Part shown: in pieces, positions 1 through 14,149 of the stretch | How positions within the stretch are numbered: position 1 is the stretch's first letter | Layout of the letters: each line of letters opens with the position of its first letter | Source: Octopus bimaculoides | Taxonomy: Eukaryota | Reading direction: 5' to 3' | NCBI RefSeq assembly: GCF_001194135.2 | Contig: NC_068987.1 | Span: 54,008,196 to 54,072,195, forward strand | DNA length: 64,000 bases | The notes under the pieces: generated by a model | What the model saw: the letters and a program-made list of their open reading frames with translations, nothing else | Database searches by the model: none | What the model was told of the DNA's origin: nothing | Translations under genes and position numbers: made by a program

Positions 1-610
1 GTGTTTGTCGGAGAAAATGTTTCAATCAAGATGGAAATATGTCGCTCGAGAGTTGCGAGTGAAAATGTCCAAGTGAATATGCTCTAGGTGTCTTCGAAAG
101 TGTCAGTGGTGGGATGGGGCTTGTGGGGTCGGAGCGTAACCCAGTCCCCCACTTCATCTGTCTATATTGTTTTGTGTGTTGTTTGTTGTAAACATTCGAT
201 TTTCGATTTTATTATATTTTTAATTGTTTCATATTTTTGTAACCCCATACGTGTTATCTGACCCCAATCAGATGTTTTGTCCCTTTCTATGTTTGGCCCC
301 TAGTGGGTAATAAAGAGATATAAATCCAAAAAACACGAAAGTCTCACCTGTAGTTGTACGTCAAAATTCGCGACGCTGGCATTCAGCGACGCGACAACAG
401 GGGTGACAACAAACACGTCTGCTTGCTACTTGCCACACAGCCACTCCTACGCCTACATGTGAATCTTTGGCGATTTTCTTCCTCTGTCTTCCTTTCTATT
501 GGAATTTCCTCTGTTTCCGAAGAAAAGCGTTGATCGAAACGTTAAACTATCCTTCTTTCCTTCCCTGAGCGTCTGCTAATACTTACATGCTAATACTCAC
601 GTATTGGGGG
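1..610. mobile_element. Probable interspersed repeat, possibly a Penelope-like terminus
   Basis: GC-richer repeat-like sequence with a degenerate minimal hammerhead-like core (ccgaaga...gaaacgtt, 513-547). The family assignment is from recall only. Confidence 0.35.
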
Positions 611-616
611 ATTTAC

Positions 617-647
<31 letters not shown>

Positions 648-800
648 GTATATATATATACATACATACATACATATCTATATGTGTGTGTGTGTGTGTG
701 TGTGTGTTTCTGTATGAGTGTGTGCACACGTCTCTGTGTGGACTCATTTGTATATACACGCATGATACATATGCATATGTGCATCCATGTATATATATAT

Positions 801-836
<36 letters not shown>

Positions 837-942
837 GTGTATGTGTATGTATGACCAAACTTACATTTGTTCCTTTCTTTTTATTAGAATCATCGAATAT
901 ATTTTGTACGATACAAACAAGAAGGTAATATCTTTTCGAACG

Positions 943-1156
943 CAGCATTGGCGTTAGAACAGCAGAAATAATTGGTAAATTACCCGTACAAAGCGGGAAA
1001 AGTTGTCAATAAACAGCCATGGGAGTCGAACTCAGATCCTCCCATGCTGAGGGACGTGGGTTCGACTCCTATGGCTGTTTATTGACAACTTTTTCCGCCT
1101 TGTACGGGTAATTTACCCATTATATCTGCTGATCTGCTGTTCTAACGGTAATGCTG
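943..1156. repeat. Long foldback inverted repeat (~90-nt arms) with tRNA B-box-like GGTTCGACTCC next to the loop
   Basis: Arm ...ttgtcaataaacagccatgggagtcgaac pairs with gttcgactcctatggctgtttattgacaa... There is an 8-nt duplication in the right arm. Confidence 0.85.
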
Positions 1157-1948
1157 TGCTTAATAAATGTTCATATTTCTATTTTGTGCATAAATTTGTC
1201 GATGACCTTCATGCCATTCTGCTAGTATGTTAAATATTTCTTTTTTTAAACCTTCGATGTCGTTCCATAGTTAAGCTTGTCGAATGTGAAACACTAACAC
1301 TTTATTGTTAAATATTTCAATTATATTTACTATTTCGCTTCCATAGCAAAGGATATTTTTTATTATATCAATATTTCAAATTTGTCTTCTATTTCGTTCC
1401 ATATTTAAGCTGGCTGATAGCATAACACTCAGGCTTGTTTCATTGTTTCAACAGTAAATATTATGATGATGTTCCAGATTTCGTTCCATAATTAAACTTA
1501 ACACGAAAAAATGTAACACTCGCACGCATACTAATATTATATATAATATAAATTTCACACGGAAACATAGGCACAGAAAATCTAATAAATATAAAGCCAA
1601 TAAAGTTACACATTGTAGAGGAAACGTTAACCAAGTGTCGAAAAAATATAATAGGTATCCACAGTCTACACAACGTTACAAATCGGATGGAAAATGAGAA
1701 ATAAGCAACGAAGCAATATAACTAATTATGTAAGTTTCTAACATTGAAGCAAATATAAAAAAAAAAAATGGGCGATTGAAGAATTGGAGAGAAATATTAT
1801 AGAGAAATATCACAGAGGAAAGAAAATGGAGCTATAAATGAAAGATAAAAGAAAATAAATAAATAACTTTCATGGCTGATTATCAAAAAATAACTAGAAT
1901 TTTCCTTTCATGATAGACGACAATATATGGTCGTGCTATATATACATT

Positions 1949-2051
<103 letters not shown>

Positions 2052-2112
2052 GTAGATACAAGTACAAACATATATACATATGTGTGCATTTGTGAAGGGC
2101 TCAAAAGAATAG

Positions 2113-2154
<42 letters not shown>

Positions 2155-5100
2155 CTGACAGACAGACAGAAAGATAGATAGATATACATACATAAATACC
2201 TATACATACACACGTGTGTGTGTGTATATCTGTGTTTGTGTGTGTATCTGTGTGTGTGTGTGTGTGTATAAGTAGCTCAGTAGTTTAAAATATAATTACA
2301 ATCACGAAGCATAAGATTTGCTTCAGTAAAGCAAAAAATGAAAAAAAAAGTACACCCAATTAACTAGTTTTGTTTTGCGTTTTTTTTTTCTTGTATTTTT
2401 TTTGCAATTGTCATTTTCCTCAACTCCAAAAATTGGAATTTCTGACAATTCACAGACATCCCTGGAGGGCTGTGATTCTGATCAGTTAATGGACACCAGA
2501 AATATACCGATTAAAAAACATTACAAAAGAAAGCCATGTGGTATTGTCTTATACGTTAGACGATAGGGTAAGAGGGAAGCAAAGGAGAGATTAGGAAAAA
2601 TCGAGAAGAAAATGAAGCGGAGACCACTAACTATGATCTACGATTGTTGTTTAGTTTGTAATAATAGAAGTTAAAATTGAAATGTATATGCTGTCTGCTA
2701 TAGTAATTGCCAGAAGACAGAAAGCCTTGAAGTTTGCTGTGGAGGCAGCGGGATTTGGTTCAAGGTGACAGTGCATCGGAAATTATGAACCCTGGAAAAG
2801 GCAATGCTACAAGGGGTAGCGCTAATAGGACACAAGCTGGGGCTTCATGAACCCTGGTTATTTTGCCTTGGCGAGGGGATGGCTGAATGTTGAAATATCC
2901 GAAACACCTATCGATCCTAGAAAACATCATTGATGATGTACCCAAGTGCATCACAAGATAATGTATAGAAAACCGCAATCAGCAATTCTCAACTGAGAAT
3001 ACCTTATCATTTTATTGTAGTGAGGATCATAATGACAAATTGTGCTTTTATTAACAGTCATATTAATTCAGATGTCCACCAAATAAAAACTGGGTTCAGA
3101 AATGTTTCTAGTTTTAAACAGCTATTCTTGAAACACAGTGCAGGACAGGCAACAACATAGTATTTCATCGATATCTGCAAGGTTGTTCGTTACGCAGTTT
3201 TGGTGCTGGATCAACACCTAGCCCTTCACCTTCCTAACAATCAAACGCATTACTGCAAATAAATGAGGTAACTGCAAAATTTATACTTTGCGTCTGCTTA
3301 AATCAATAAACTGATGTTTCTATAGTATCTAGGCTAGTTATTTAAATTTAGTAAATTAATAGTCGAGCGTCTTAGCTAGGGAAACTAGTTTGTTAGACTC
3401 TTCAAAAAAAAAAAAAAACAAAGTGAGTGGAAGCACCAGTAGAACAATGAAACTAAATTTCTTACCGATTATCAATCATGTGTCTGTTTATTTCTTTGCA
3501 TTCGGAGGTCAACTCAGCTGGAGTTGACTTTACCCATTATCTAACTGAGAATCTACAAATATATTGCTGAACTATCAACTCTTCTCTGAAAAATCTTGCG
3601 TTATATCTGCTTGTATGAGATTAATATAGCGTTTCGGCTATTCTCTGTATCTGTTAGTACAGCATCGTTAAACTATTCTAATTATAAATATTCGGGGAGA
3701 CAAATATAATTTGGCAAACTCAAATTTATAAAACTATATATGCAGGGTGTAGCAAAATATCTCCCAGATTCGCCATTCTAAGTAAAGTTTTCAGCAGCAA
3801 ATATATATGCATCAATCCAACCATGATGTTGATTGGGAAAAAAAAATATATAAGTTACGTGAAGTCAGTGTTAAACATGCCTCATTTCACTCCCACCATA
3901 CTATTGGTCAAATAAAATACGGGAGATTTTTTACTATTACACCCTGTATAACCATTAAACAAGCTTTCAAAAGCATTTGTGAAATTGAAATGAAAATATA
4001 TAATAAAAGTAGAAATGTTGATGGTAAGCTTAAGATTTGTTTAAATTAGTAAAAGAAATGTCCCCATGCAGCGCTTTATCACACTGATTCAGGGTAAAGC
4101 CGATACATGTAGCGTATATACAGCATATTTTTATATCATCCTTTTAGAACTTATAGGTAAGAAAAATTTGAACTTATACACTAATGAAACATTCGCCAGT
4201 AATGCAATATTCTTGATACTTATAGTAGCGGGATGTACAGCATATTAATAATCATCTTGGCGACCGACAGGAAGCAGAGTAGTTTGTCATAATTCCGAAT
4301 CGGTTAGCCCAACTTAAAAAAAAAACAAAAAAAAAGGAAATCTTTTCAACAAATACACAGGAATTAATTGCATAAAAGTTAGAAATGAAAATACAAAAAT
4401 GTTTGAAAAATAGTTTTAAAAGAAAATAGTCAAGCCTCTCAGATTACAAATAATGTTATATTGAATATTGAATAATTTAACTTGAAATTATTAAATAGAT
4501 TTTAATTAGTCAGTAAATTCTTATTACACTTTTTTTTTATCAAATGCGTATTAAATAATATTCTTTTAATATTCTTTTTCATTTGCTTCTCTTTATTCAT
4601 ATTAAAATCTAACACACTCTGACAGCCGAACCTGCAGCACCGCCTAAAACAGTTTTGAGATTTCAAATATGGCGATCATAAACTTAGTGATTGCTTCTGA
4701 AGTTCAATGGCCCGTAAATAAGTAAACAGCAACAAATTTATTAAATATTTGGTGAAGTGTCTCTCTTTCTCTGTATGGCTGTTAATATTTGCCGGGAAAT
4801 TGAATTAGAAATAATTTCATATAAATTTTAGATGATTTTAAGTAAAAAAAAAAAAAATGCTTGCTAAAAATATAACGAAAGATATATTGGATAATGTAGC
4901 TCTAGATACCGCTTTTTAAAACAGGAAAATAGATGATGCGGCCACGAATGGAATGCTATTCAAATGTCAATAAGTCAATACATAATCTGTAGCCTCCGAG
5001 TTGCACTGATTCATTCGACCGACAACCACATGCAAAAGTTAAGTTTCTACTTCATTAGCAAGTAATAATCAACGTAATAAATTTAATTAGACTATGGTTA

Positions 5101-6048
5101 TTTTTTTGCAGATTTAGGCAGAAAGAAACATTCAATTTAATCAAATCAGAAGTTGATTGGTACTTAGTTTACCGAAGAGGAACGAATGAAAATAATGAGG
5201 CAAACTTGACCTTCGAAGGATTTGATCCCAGAATGTAAAGAGCCAGTCTCAAAGAGCTGTTCTGCCAGTCTCAAAGAGCATGCCGTCACCGACGAACGAG
5301 CATAGTTTGATAGCATGTACCATACTTTCCCTAATTGTTCTAGGTGCTTCTGTAATCGTGAGTAGATATGGTTGGCAGCCTGCTCGTGAAATTGACGTGC
5401 AAGTGGCTGAGCACTCCACAGACACGTAGGCACGTGTACCCTTAACGTAGTTCTCGGGGATATTCAGTGTGCCACAGTGTGACAAGGCTGACCCTTTGAA
5501 TTACAGGCACAACAGGAAGTAAGAGTGAGAGAAAGTTTTGGTGGAAGAGTACAACAGGGTTCGCCACTACCCCCTACCGGAGCCTCGTGGTGCTTTAGGT
5601 GTTTTCGCTCAATNNNNNNNNNNNNNNNNNNNNNNNNNNNNNNNNNNNNNNNNNNNNNNNNNNNNNNNNNNNNNNNNNNNNNNNNNNNNNNNNNNNNNNN
5701 NNNNNNNNNNNNNNNNNNNNNNNNNNNNNNNNNNNNNNNNNNNNNNNNNNNNNNNNNNNNNNNNNNNNNNNNNNNNNNNNNNNNNNNNNNNNNNNNNNNN
5801 NNNNNNNNNNNNNNNNNNNNNNNNNNNNNNNNNNNNNNNNNNNNNNNNNNNNNNNNNNNNNNNNNNNNNNNNNNNNNNNNNNNNNNNNNNNNNNNNNNNN
5901 NNNNNNNNNNNNNNNNNNNNNNNNNNNNNNNNNNNNNNNNNNNNNNNNNNNNNNNNNNNNNNNNNNNNNNNNNNNNNNNNNNNNNNNNNNNNNNNNNNNN
6001 NNNNNNNNNNNNNNNNNNNNNNNNNNNNNNNNNNNNNNNNNNNNNNNN

Positions 6049-6110
<62 letters not shown>

Positions 6111-8325
6111 CATATACCTGTACACATTAACTGATTTCTCAGGCGGGAGTAACTAACATAAACGAACTTGTGTTGCTTTTAGTCTACAACTAGTCGTAGA
6201 TTATCTTTATTACTGTTTGAGCGACTTTTCATTCTCTCTTTGTCTATCTATCTTTCTGTCTATTTTTTTTTCTCCCTCTTTCCCCTTCCCTACCAGATAT
6301 CGTTCACTATTTACACACAGACCGTTGAATCAGTAGTCTAAAAGTGGTGAAGTTTAGCGCTTTTTATCTAGTTAACTGTAAATGGTATTTTGCTTTCTTA
6401 GAATATATCACATCGCCCGTTACTAAAATTAGACACTTAAGATATACGATCTTGCTAAATATAAAACAACACTAACAAAAGCAAATACAAAAAGCAAAAG
6501 TAAGTAAATAAAGAACAGAAGAATGTCTGTTAAGCTGCTAGTTCTTTGCTGGCTACTGTTCCCACAATGTAATAATCTATTAGCATGTTAGTAAGAACTA
6601 CTTCGGTAAATTCTCCACTTAATAGAAAGTATATGTTAGTAGCAACGACTGCAATATAGTATTATATGGTCCCTGGTGACAATAAGAAAGAACAAGTACT
6701 AGAATCGGTGGAGCACAACAGGCTATCTTATATATATATATATATATATATTTGTCTCTTGTTTCAATCATTAGACTGCGACCATGCTAGAGCTTTGTGT
6801 TGAAGAATTTAGTCGAACGAATCGTGTCCAGTACTTATCTTTTAAGCCTGGTACTTATTCTATCGGTTGCTGAGACCGAACCGCTATGTTACGGAAACGT
6901 AGGCACAGCGACACCGGTTTTCAAGTGGTGGTGGTGGAAGTTACAGACACACTAGCGCACACACATGTTTGTATGTATGTATGTATGTGTATTCGTGTGT
7001 GTATCTATATCTGTATTTATGTGTGTCCATGTCTGTATTTTCGTTTGCATGTCAATTGTGGAACACGACTGTCACTACTACTATATAAACCTGATGTTTG
7101 CATGAAGCATGAGAGTACTAGTTTTATCACAATAAATATATAATACTTTATTATAATAATATTGTAAAATTGTAAAAATTGTAAATAATAAAACTTGAAA
7201 ATCAGACTAGGGTGGAATTTCATTAAGATATTCTTCTATACACAATCATACAAACTCGGACGACTATTAGACAACATGCCAGGAGGACACAGGCAGCGAT
7301 AAATAATACAGCCATATGACAGTCTATCTCAATACACAATTTACTTGTATACGTTTCTCAACAGTAACAGATTTATTGATTCTAACCAAAAAGCAAAACT
7401 TCTGATTCGTAAGACCAACCAAACTATATTTAAACTGCAGGTATCACATTACCATGTAGGACAGTAACTAAAAAATCTTCGACTGAAAACCTATTCAAGT
7501 AGATAAAGCTGGATTTAAGAACCTCAGCTATCTACTTTGGGGCCTTATAAATCTGCAGAGCTTTCAACGTAATTAAAAAGCATATGTTTACAATTTTTCT
7601 GAGCCCTTTCAGGGTAATTTTTCTTTTTTTAACCAGAGCTATCTAAGCTGTATAATATTTCGGATCTCACCGAGTAGTCAGGGCTCAGACAAAATGCTTC
7701 GCGGTATCTATTACGACTCTGCGCTCTAAGCTCAAATCCTGCTGTGATCAGTTTTACCTTCCATTCCTTTTGTGATCGGTAAAAAGAACGTTGGCCCAGA
7801 TACCTTGCGGAAGTTGTTCAGGCTTTTTGCAATCTGAGTTCAAATCCTGTTGCGGAGATAGAGTTAAACACTCCCGCTTAGTACCTTGAGTGCCTTTCGT
7901 GGAGTCCGTTCCGTGGTAAATTTTGTGGCAGGTTTCCAGTTTTGGGATAGATTCCTCCTTCCCACCAGTCAGTTAGGACCTGTAATTGGTCATAGGCAAT
8001 GCTTAAATATATACTGAGACGCAGGGCGGATTATTCAAGCCGATCGAACCGGTGGGAGACTTAGTGGTAGACGAACAAGGAGATAGTTGAAATATATTCA
8101 TAGCATCAGTAGATCACACTTGGTAATCCAGCCGGAAAGTGTTGTTACAGTTGCTTCGGAGAGGAGACTATGAAGGAATTACATGTGGGGTTCTTCCCGA
8201 CAAGTTGAGTAGAGAAAATGGACAGATGAATGAAATATCCATGACCTTTCGTCTCAATAAACCACTATTGTTCCTGAAAGTTGTTTTTTATATTTATTGC
8301 GGATTGCACGGCGATCCTTGGATCT

Positions 8326-8369
<44 letters not shown>

Positions 8370-8432
8370 ATCACAATCACAATGAGAGACAGAGGTTGTT
8401 TGCACGATACATAAATAACTATGTACATATGT

Positions 8433-8535
8433 ATAATTTTTACCAAGCACTTCGGTATGTAAACACCATTATCGGTAAAGAACTTATTTAAAAGTTCTTT
8501 GGTGCTTACATACCGAAGTGCTTGGTAAAAATTAT
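8433..8535. repeat. Foldback hairpin (36-bp arms, inner 9-bp hairpin)
   Basis: 8433-8468 vs 8500-8535 is 35/36 complementary; inner aaagaactt/aagttcttt. Confidence 0.9.
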
Positions 8536-9042
8536 TAATTATTAATTTATTAATAAATCAATATTCCTTTACCCTTTTATTTGTAATAATTATTCATTCC
8601 CTGATAGTAAACCGCAGATTTTCTGCGGTATTGCTTGTGACGCACATGGAAATTCTTGAGGAGGGATAAGGACTGACTGGTCTATGCAAGTTCGGAGGTG
8701 CTGGTTATATTATGTTGATGCACGATGTCGCTTGGTCGAGCATGCTTAATTGCCTGCATCTTCAAATTTGCAAACTAGAATATCATACCGATGACGGAAA
8801 TAAAGGTTTTTACTATTCTGATCCAGAAACGCGTCTGATTAACTAAGACTGGTTAGTTTCGTTGTTTTTTTCTTCTTGTTTTGCCTTTGTGAGTTACAAG
8901 TATTGCTATCTGTTGGAGTTTTAGCACTTTAGCTGCTATTTCTGAACTTCGGTATGTGGTGAAGCAACTGTTGCTGATTCCTTAATTATGTTTATACATA
9001 TGTATATATACATACATACATACATATGTATATATACATACA

Positions 9043-9078
<36 letters not shown>

Positions 9079-9082
9079 TATA

Positions 9083-9267
9083 TAGCAATAAGAAAATAGA
9101 GGGGATTAATAGGTAGTATTCATCAACTTGAAGACATTGTATTATGTCAATTTACTTGTTTATTTGCTTACTAAAAAGACAATAACAATATACAAACACA
9201 TGTGACATATTATGTCATATAAGTTGATGAATACCACCTATTAATCCCCTCCATTTTCTTATTGCTA
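9083..9267. mobile_element. MITE-like element with 47-bp terminal inverted repeats, TA at both ends
   Basis: Arms 9083-9129 and 9221-9267 are 45/47 complementary. Confidence 0.75.
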
Positions 9268-9506
9268 GATAAATTAATGGTAAAATAACTTTTTACACGC
9301 ACCCATTTATTGCACTTGGTAATGTAATTGCCATGCAATGAAAAAACACTAGTGTAATAATAATTAGGTATTCTTCCAGCAGTATATTGGATAGATATTA
9401 TCCCTTAGTGGGTTGGATTCACAACCCCTACACATATATATAAACCCACAAATATACATGCATACATACATACATACATAAATACATACATACATACATA
9501 CATTGA

Positions 9507-9538
<32 letters not shown>

Positions 9539-9956
9539 CATAAGTGCGTGTGCGCGTGTGAAGTGTGTATGCAAATGTAAGTGCGAGTGTGTGTAATGTA
9601 TACACCAATATTAAAATGATTAGCTGAAACTCTCAGGTAGGGAGAACTTCAGATATTTTTAATATAAAATATCAAACATAAACGCACTATTTTAAAGTCA
9701 GTGATTATCTTTCTTTTGAAAGACTGCCATTCATTTGTATATGTGCAAAGGGTGTAGTCGACTTATTTCATTCATACCGTACAAAACCTGCCTGTCTGCC
9801 GCGATGATGACGGGGACGACGACGATGATGATGATGATGATGGTGATGATGAGGTGCAGGAGGAGGACGAGGAGGAGGAGGATCATGATCATGATCATGA
9901 TGACAGATAAAATAATCGCGAAAATAACTATTTTAAACTAATCATTTTCAATACAA

Positions 9957-9987
<31 letters not shown>

Positions 9988-10835
9988 TATTTTATTTAAA
10001 AGAGTTCCAACTCTGTCTGTTTTTTATGTTTTTTATTTATATTCTTGTAAAATTTATATATAATATATAATATAAAAAAAAGATGGATGGTACAATGAAA
10101 TGAAGTATTGAATGTCTTATTGAATATATGGAATATGTCTTATTGAATATATGAAATATTGAGTGTTCAATATAAAGGATTAAATATATAAATATATAAA
10201 GGCGAATACGTATTTTCTATACCTTGTGGTATTTCATCATGGCGGGACAAACACAGATACAAAAGACGCACACAAACATATACTACAGGCTTTTTTCAGT
10301 TTCTGTCAAAGAAATCCACTAGAAAGTCTTTGGTTGGCCGAGGCTAGAGTAGAAGACACTTGCTCAAGGTGCTACGCAGTGGGTCTTAAACCGGAATCAT
10401 GTAGTTGAGAAGCAAGCTTCATACCACACAGTCACGCCCGCATCTATAAAAAGAAAAGCCGCAATACTCGGCTTAGGAGACCGGTGCCTTATCCATTAGT
10501 CCACCGAATATATGAATAAATGTAACGTACTTATACATTCATATATTTGAAGGCACCTGTCCAAGTGGTTAGAGTTTGGATTTACAATCGCAAGATCGTG
10601 GTTTTGATTTCCTCTCCACTCACCTGTAAATGGGTAACCTTGTGACATACTGGCGCCCTGTTCAGGATGAATTTTGGCCGGCTCTCTTAGCCAGCAGTGT
10701 GGCATCATTTGAAAGCTAGAACAACGCTAGAAAATGCATTGTGACCAGAAGTGTACAATCATATTCGATAGTCTGGTCGATACAATGATACACATATATA
10801 TGCACATATCTATGTGCCAACGCACTTAAATACAT

Positions 10836-10912
<77 letters not shown>

Positions 10913-10914
<2 letters not shown>

Positions 10915-11092
10915 GATATTTTTGACGCAGCTGCCCCTGCTTACAATGAGGCGCTAGCGGCCAGCGGGTTCAAGGACCATATAGTATATACACCAGATTG
11001 AGTAACCATAAAAGGAAACGCCACCGCAAGATCTTATGGTTCGCTCTCCACCTCTCCCTAACGTCCGGACATGCGTAGGTAAGATTTAATAA
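10913..11092 (+). mobile_element. Penelope-like retroelement RT C-terminal fragment
   Basis: Translates as DIFDAAAPAYNEALAASGF...KRKRHRKILWF...VGK, matching the PLE pattern Y..AL..SG...RK.IIWFNPP...VGK. Confidence 0.65.
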
Positions 11093-11095
11093 TAG

Positions 11096-13555
11096 TTCGA
11101 GGAGAATAGGTTGTTCAAAAATAACCCGAAGCAATTCTTCCGAACGTTTGGAGACAACTGGGAAAAATGTTACTCCTGATGCAAATCAAGCCAAGGAGTT
11201 CTGGAGCGGATTATGGGGAAACAATGTGGTGCATGAAAGGGATGCAATGTGGATAGGAACTATCAAGACAGAATTAGAAGGAGGAAAGTAACATAGGAAT
11301 ATTGTCATAAGTACAGGTGACGTGAAAAAACAAGTGGGTAAAGTGCCTAACTAGAAAGCCCCCGGACCAGATGGGATTCATGGATTCTGGCTGAAGAGAT
11401 GGCACGCGGTGCATGAAAGACTAGCAGCCCAATTGAATGAGTGTGTCCTGAAAGGTACAGTCCCCACGTGGATGGTGAGTGGGAGGACCACACTTGTAAT
11501 GAAATATAGAAGGGGAATAGTGTGGGAAACTACCGTCCCATAGCATAGCTAAACATAATCTGGAAGATACTCACTGGAATATGTGCGGCAAAGACATGCA
11601 CTTTCCTGGCACCGGAAGAAATACTACCAAAGGAACAAAAAGGATGTAGGAAGAGTTCTCAGGGTAACGAGGATCACTTGGTCATCGATAAAATAGTTTT
11701 GAGGCATTGTAAAAAAACATCATACAAATATGTCTATGGCTTGAATTGACTTCAAGAAGGCATATGATATTATGCTTCATTATTGGATCGTTGAATGCCT
11801 GCAGATTTTTGGTGTTGCTGACAAAACATTACAAATTTTCTGATGCATAGCATGAAAGAGTGGAAAACGAAATTGTATTCAGGTAATGTATTCCTAGGAG
11901 AAGTTAACATTAATAGGGGAATTTTCCAAGGTGACTTGTTTTCTCTGTTACTATTTGTAATTGCACTAATACCCATAACAATGACACTTAGGAATGTCAA
12001 GATGGGTTACCGATGTGGTAAGAAAGGCCCATCATTGATGCATCTTCTGTTTATGGATGACCTGAAACTGTTTGGGAAATCTGAAAAACAGTCGAAAAGG
12101 GTGGTATGGACATCGGTATGGAATCTGGGATTACCAAATGCTCAGTACTTAATATGAAAGGAGGAAAGAAAGCATCCTGCAGAGGATTGCGGTATTCATA
12201 AGGAGAGACTTTGGGTGAACCCAACAGTGGCGGGTATAGATATTTAGGGATTTTGGAGCTGGATGACATTCTACACAGAAAAATGAAAGTCAAAGTCACT
12301 GAGGCGTATCAAAATGGGTGAAGATGGTGTTGAAATCCAACCTGAATGACAAAAATTTGATTACCGAATGAATATCTGGATTGTTGCTGTGGTCAGATAT
12401 GGTCCGTCCATCCTGAAATGGGACTAAGCAAGAAATATCAACACTGGATAGAATGACGAGAAAGTTGATGAAGCTGCATGGGGTGCTACACCCTAAAGCA
12501 AACGTAAAAAGACCGTATATGAAAAGAAAGAATGGTGGCAGAGGACTAATTAGTATAGACCAATGTATAAGGAGTGAAAGGAGAACGCTTGCCGAGTATT
12601 TGATAAATAGTGATGATGAGCTGCTGCAATATGCCTCGAAAGATATGGGTGTAAATGCAGATGAAATGATGGGCAAGGAAGAGTATAACCAAAGAGCTGA
12701 GAAGAGAAAAGAAGACCTTCTTGAAATGAGAATGCATCGACAGTTGCAAAGGAATACACAGGACGTTAAGGATAATAAAGCATCGTGGGCATAGCTTGAG
12801 TGAGGTGATTTGAAGCATACCACCGAAAGCCTGATCATTGCTGCACAAAACCAGGCTCTCGCGACCAATTCAGTGAAGTTTAACATCTATAAAACTTCTG
12901 ACACCCAGAAATACAGACTCTGTGGTAAAAGTGACAGATGTGACCTTCTTGGTAAGTGGATGTGAGAGCCTTGCATAAAAAGAATACAAGCGCCGCCACG
13001 TTAAAGTGTGTATCTTCATTGGCTCTTATGCCTAAATACCAATACGAAGTAACAGAGAACTGGCGTGAGCATATACGAAGTAAAGTTATTTAGGAGAATG
13101 GAAAAGTAACGATACTCTGGAACTATATTTTCAGACAGATCGTATAATCGAACACCGTAGGTCGGATATTATCAAATGGAGTAAGAGAGACAAATCCTGT
13201 CAGATCATTGATGTAGCCATACCAAATGACATGAATGTTGTGAGTAATGAGGTTGAAAAAAATCACCAAGTACTCCGAATTGAAAGTGGAAATGGCAAGA
13301 CTGTATGGAATGCGAGAGGGTAATGTAAAATTGATACCAGTGGTGATCGGAGCTTTGGGCTCAATCCCGTTGAAACTTCAAGATTTCTTAAGGCAACTGG
13401 AAATCCCATGGAAGATTGATGTCTTGCAAAAAGCAGCCTTATTGGGCACAGCACAAATCTTAAGGAAAGTGTTATCTGTCTGAGGTCCTTGTTGTGACTC
13501 GACAGATGACTAAAGACTCTGGTGCGTTTTTGCCTACACTGTGTTACGAAGGAAT
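11096..13555 (+). mobile_element. 5'-truncated, frameshifted non-LTR retrotransposon, R4/Dong clade (RT + CCHC + restriction-like endonuclease)
   Basis: Motifs across frames: PGPDGIHGFWLK, YRPI, DFKKAYD, RGIFQGDLFSLLLF, HLLFMDDLKLF, LHPKANVKR.YMKRKNGGRGL, RLCGK, HRRSDII, IIDVAIPND, IPVVIGALGS, LQKAALLGTAQILRKVLSV*. Followed by an (ATG)n tail. Confidence 0.9.
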
Positions 13556-13556
13556 A

Positions 13557-13603
<47 letters not shown>

Positions 13604-13639
13604 AATGGTGATAATGATGACGATGATGATGATAATAAT

Positions 13640-14060
13640 CTTTTCTACTATAGGCAGAAGGCCTGAAATTTCTTGGGAGGGATAAATCGATTATATCGAC
13701 CCCTGTGTCTAAATGATACTTATTTTATTGATCCCGAAAGAATGAACGGCAAAGTCACCCTTGGCAGAATTTGAACTCAGAAAGTGAAGAACAACGAATT
13801 GCCGCTAAGCATTTTCCCGGCGTGCTAACGATTCTGCCAGCTCGCCGTCTTAATAATAATAATAATAATCCTTTCTACTAAAGGTACAAGGCCTGAAAGC
13901 AGGGGAGAGAGGACTAGTCCATCACATCGACCCAGTGTTTCACTGGTATTTAATTCATCGACCCCGAAAGGATGAAAGGCAAAGTCGACATCAGTGGAAT
14001 TTGAACTCAGTACGTGAAGACGGATGAAATGCTGCTAAGCATTTTGCCAGCTCGCTGCCT

Positions 14061-14115
<55 letters not shown>

Positions 14116-14118
14116 TAA

Positions 14119-14149
<31 letters not shown>

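Noticed and set aside
2375-2870. Possible plus-strand exons (TSLEGCDSDQ..., RQRDLVQGDS...)
   Set aside because: They could not be joined in frame with credible splice sites, and I recognise no homology.
4592-4643. Minus-strand acceptor + AVLQVRLSECVRF* + AATAAA as an alternative TnT terminal exon
   Set aside because: 16 kb from the donor, short tract, and no TnT-like composition.
12296-12886. 196-aa minus-strand ORF
   Set aside because: It is the antisense shadow of the plus-strand LINE RT region.
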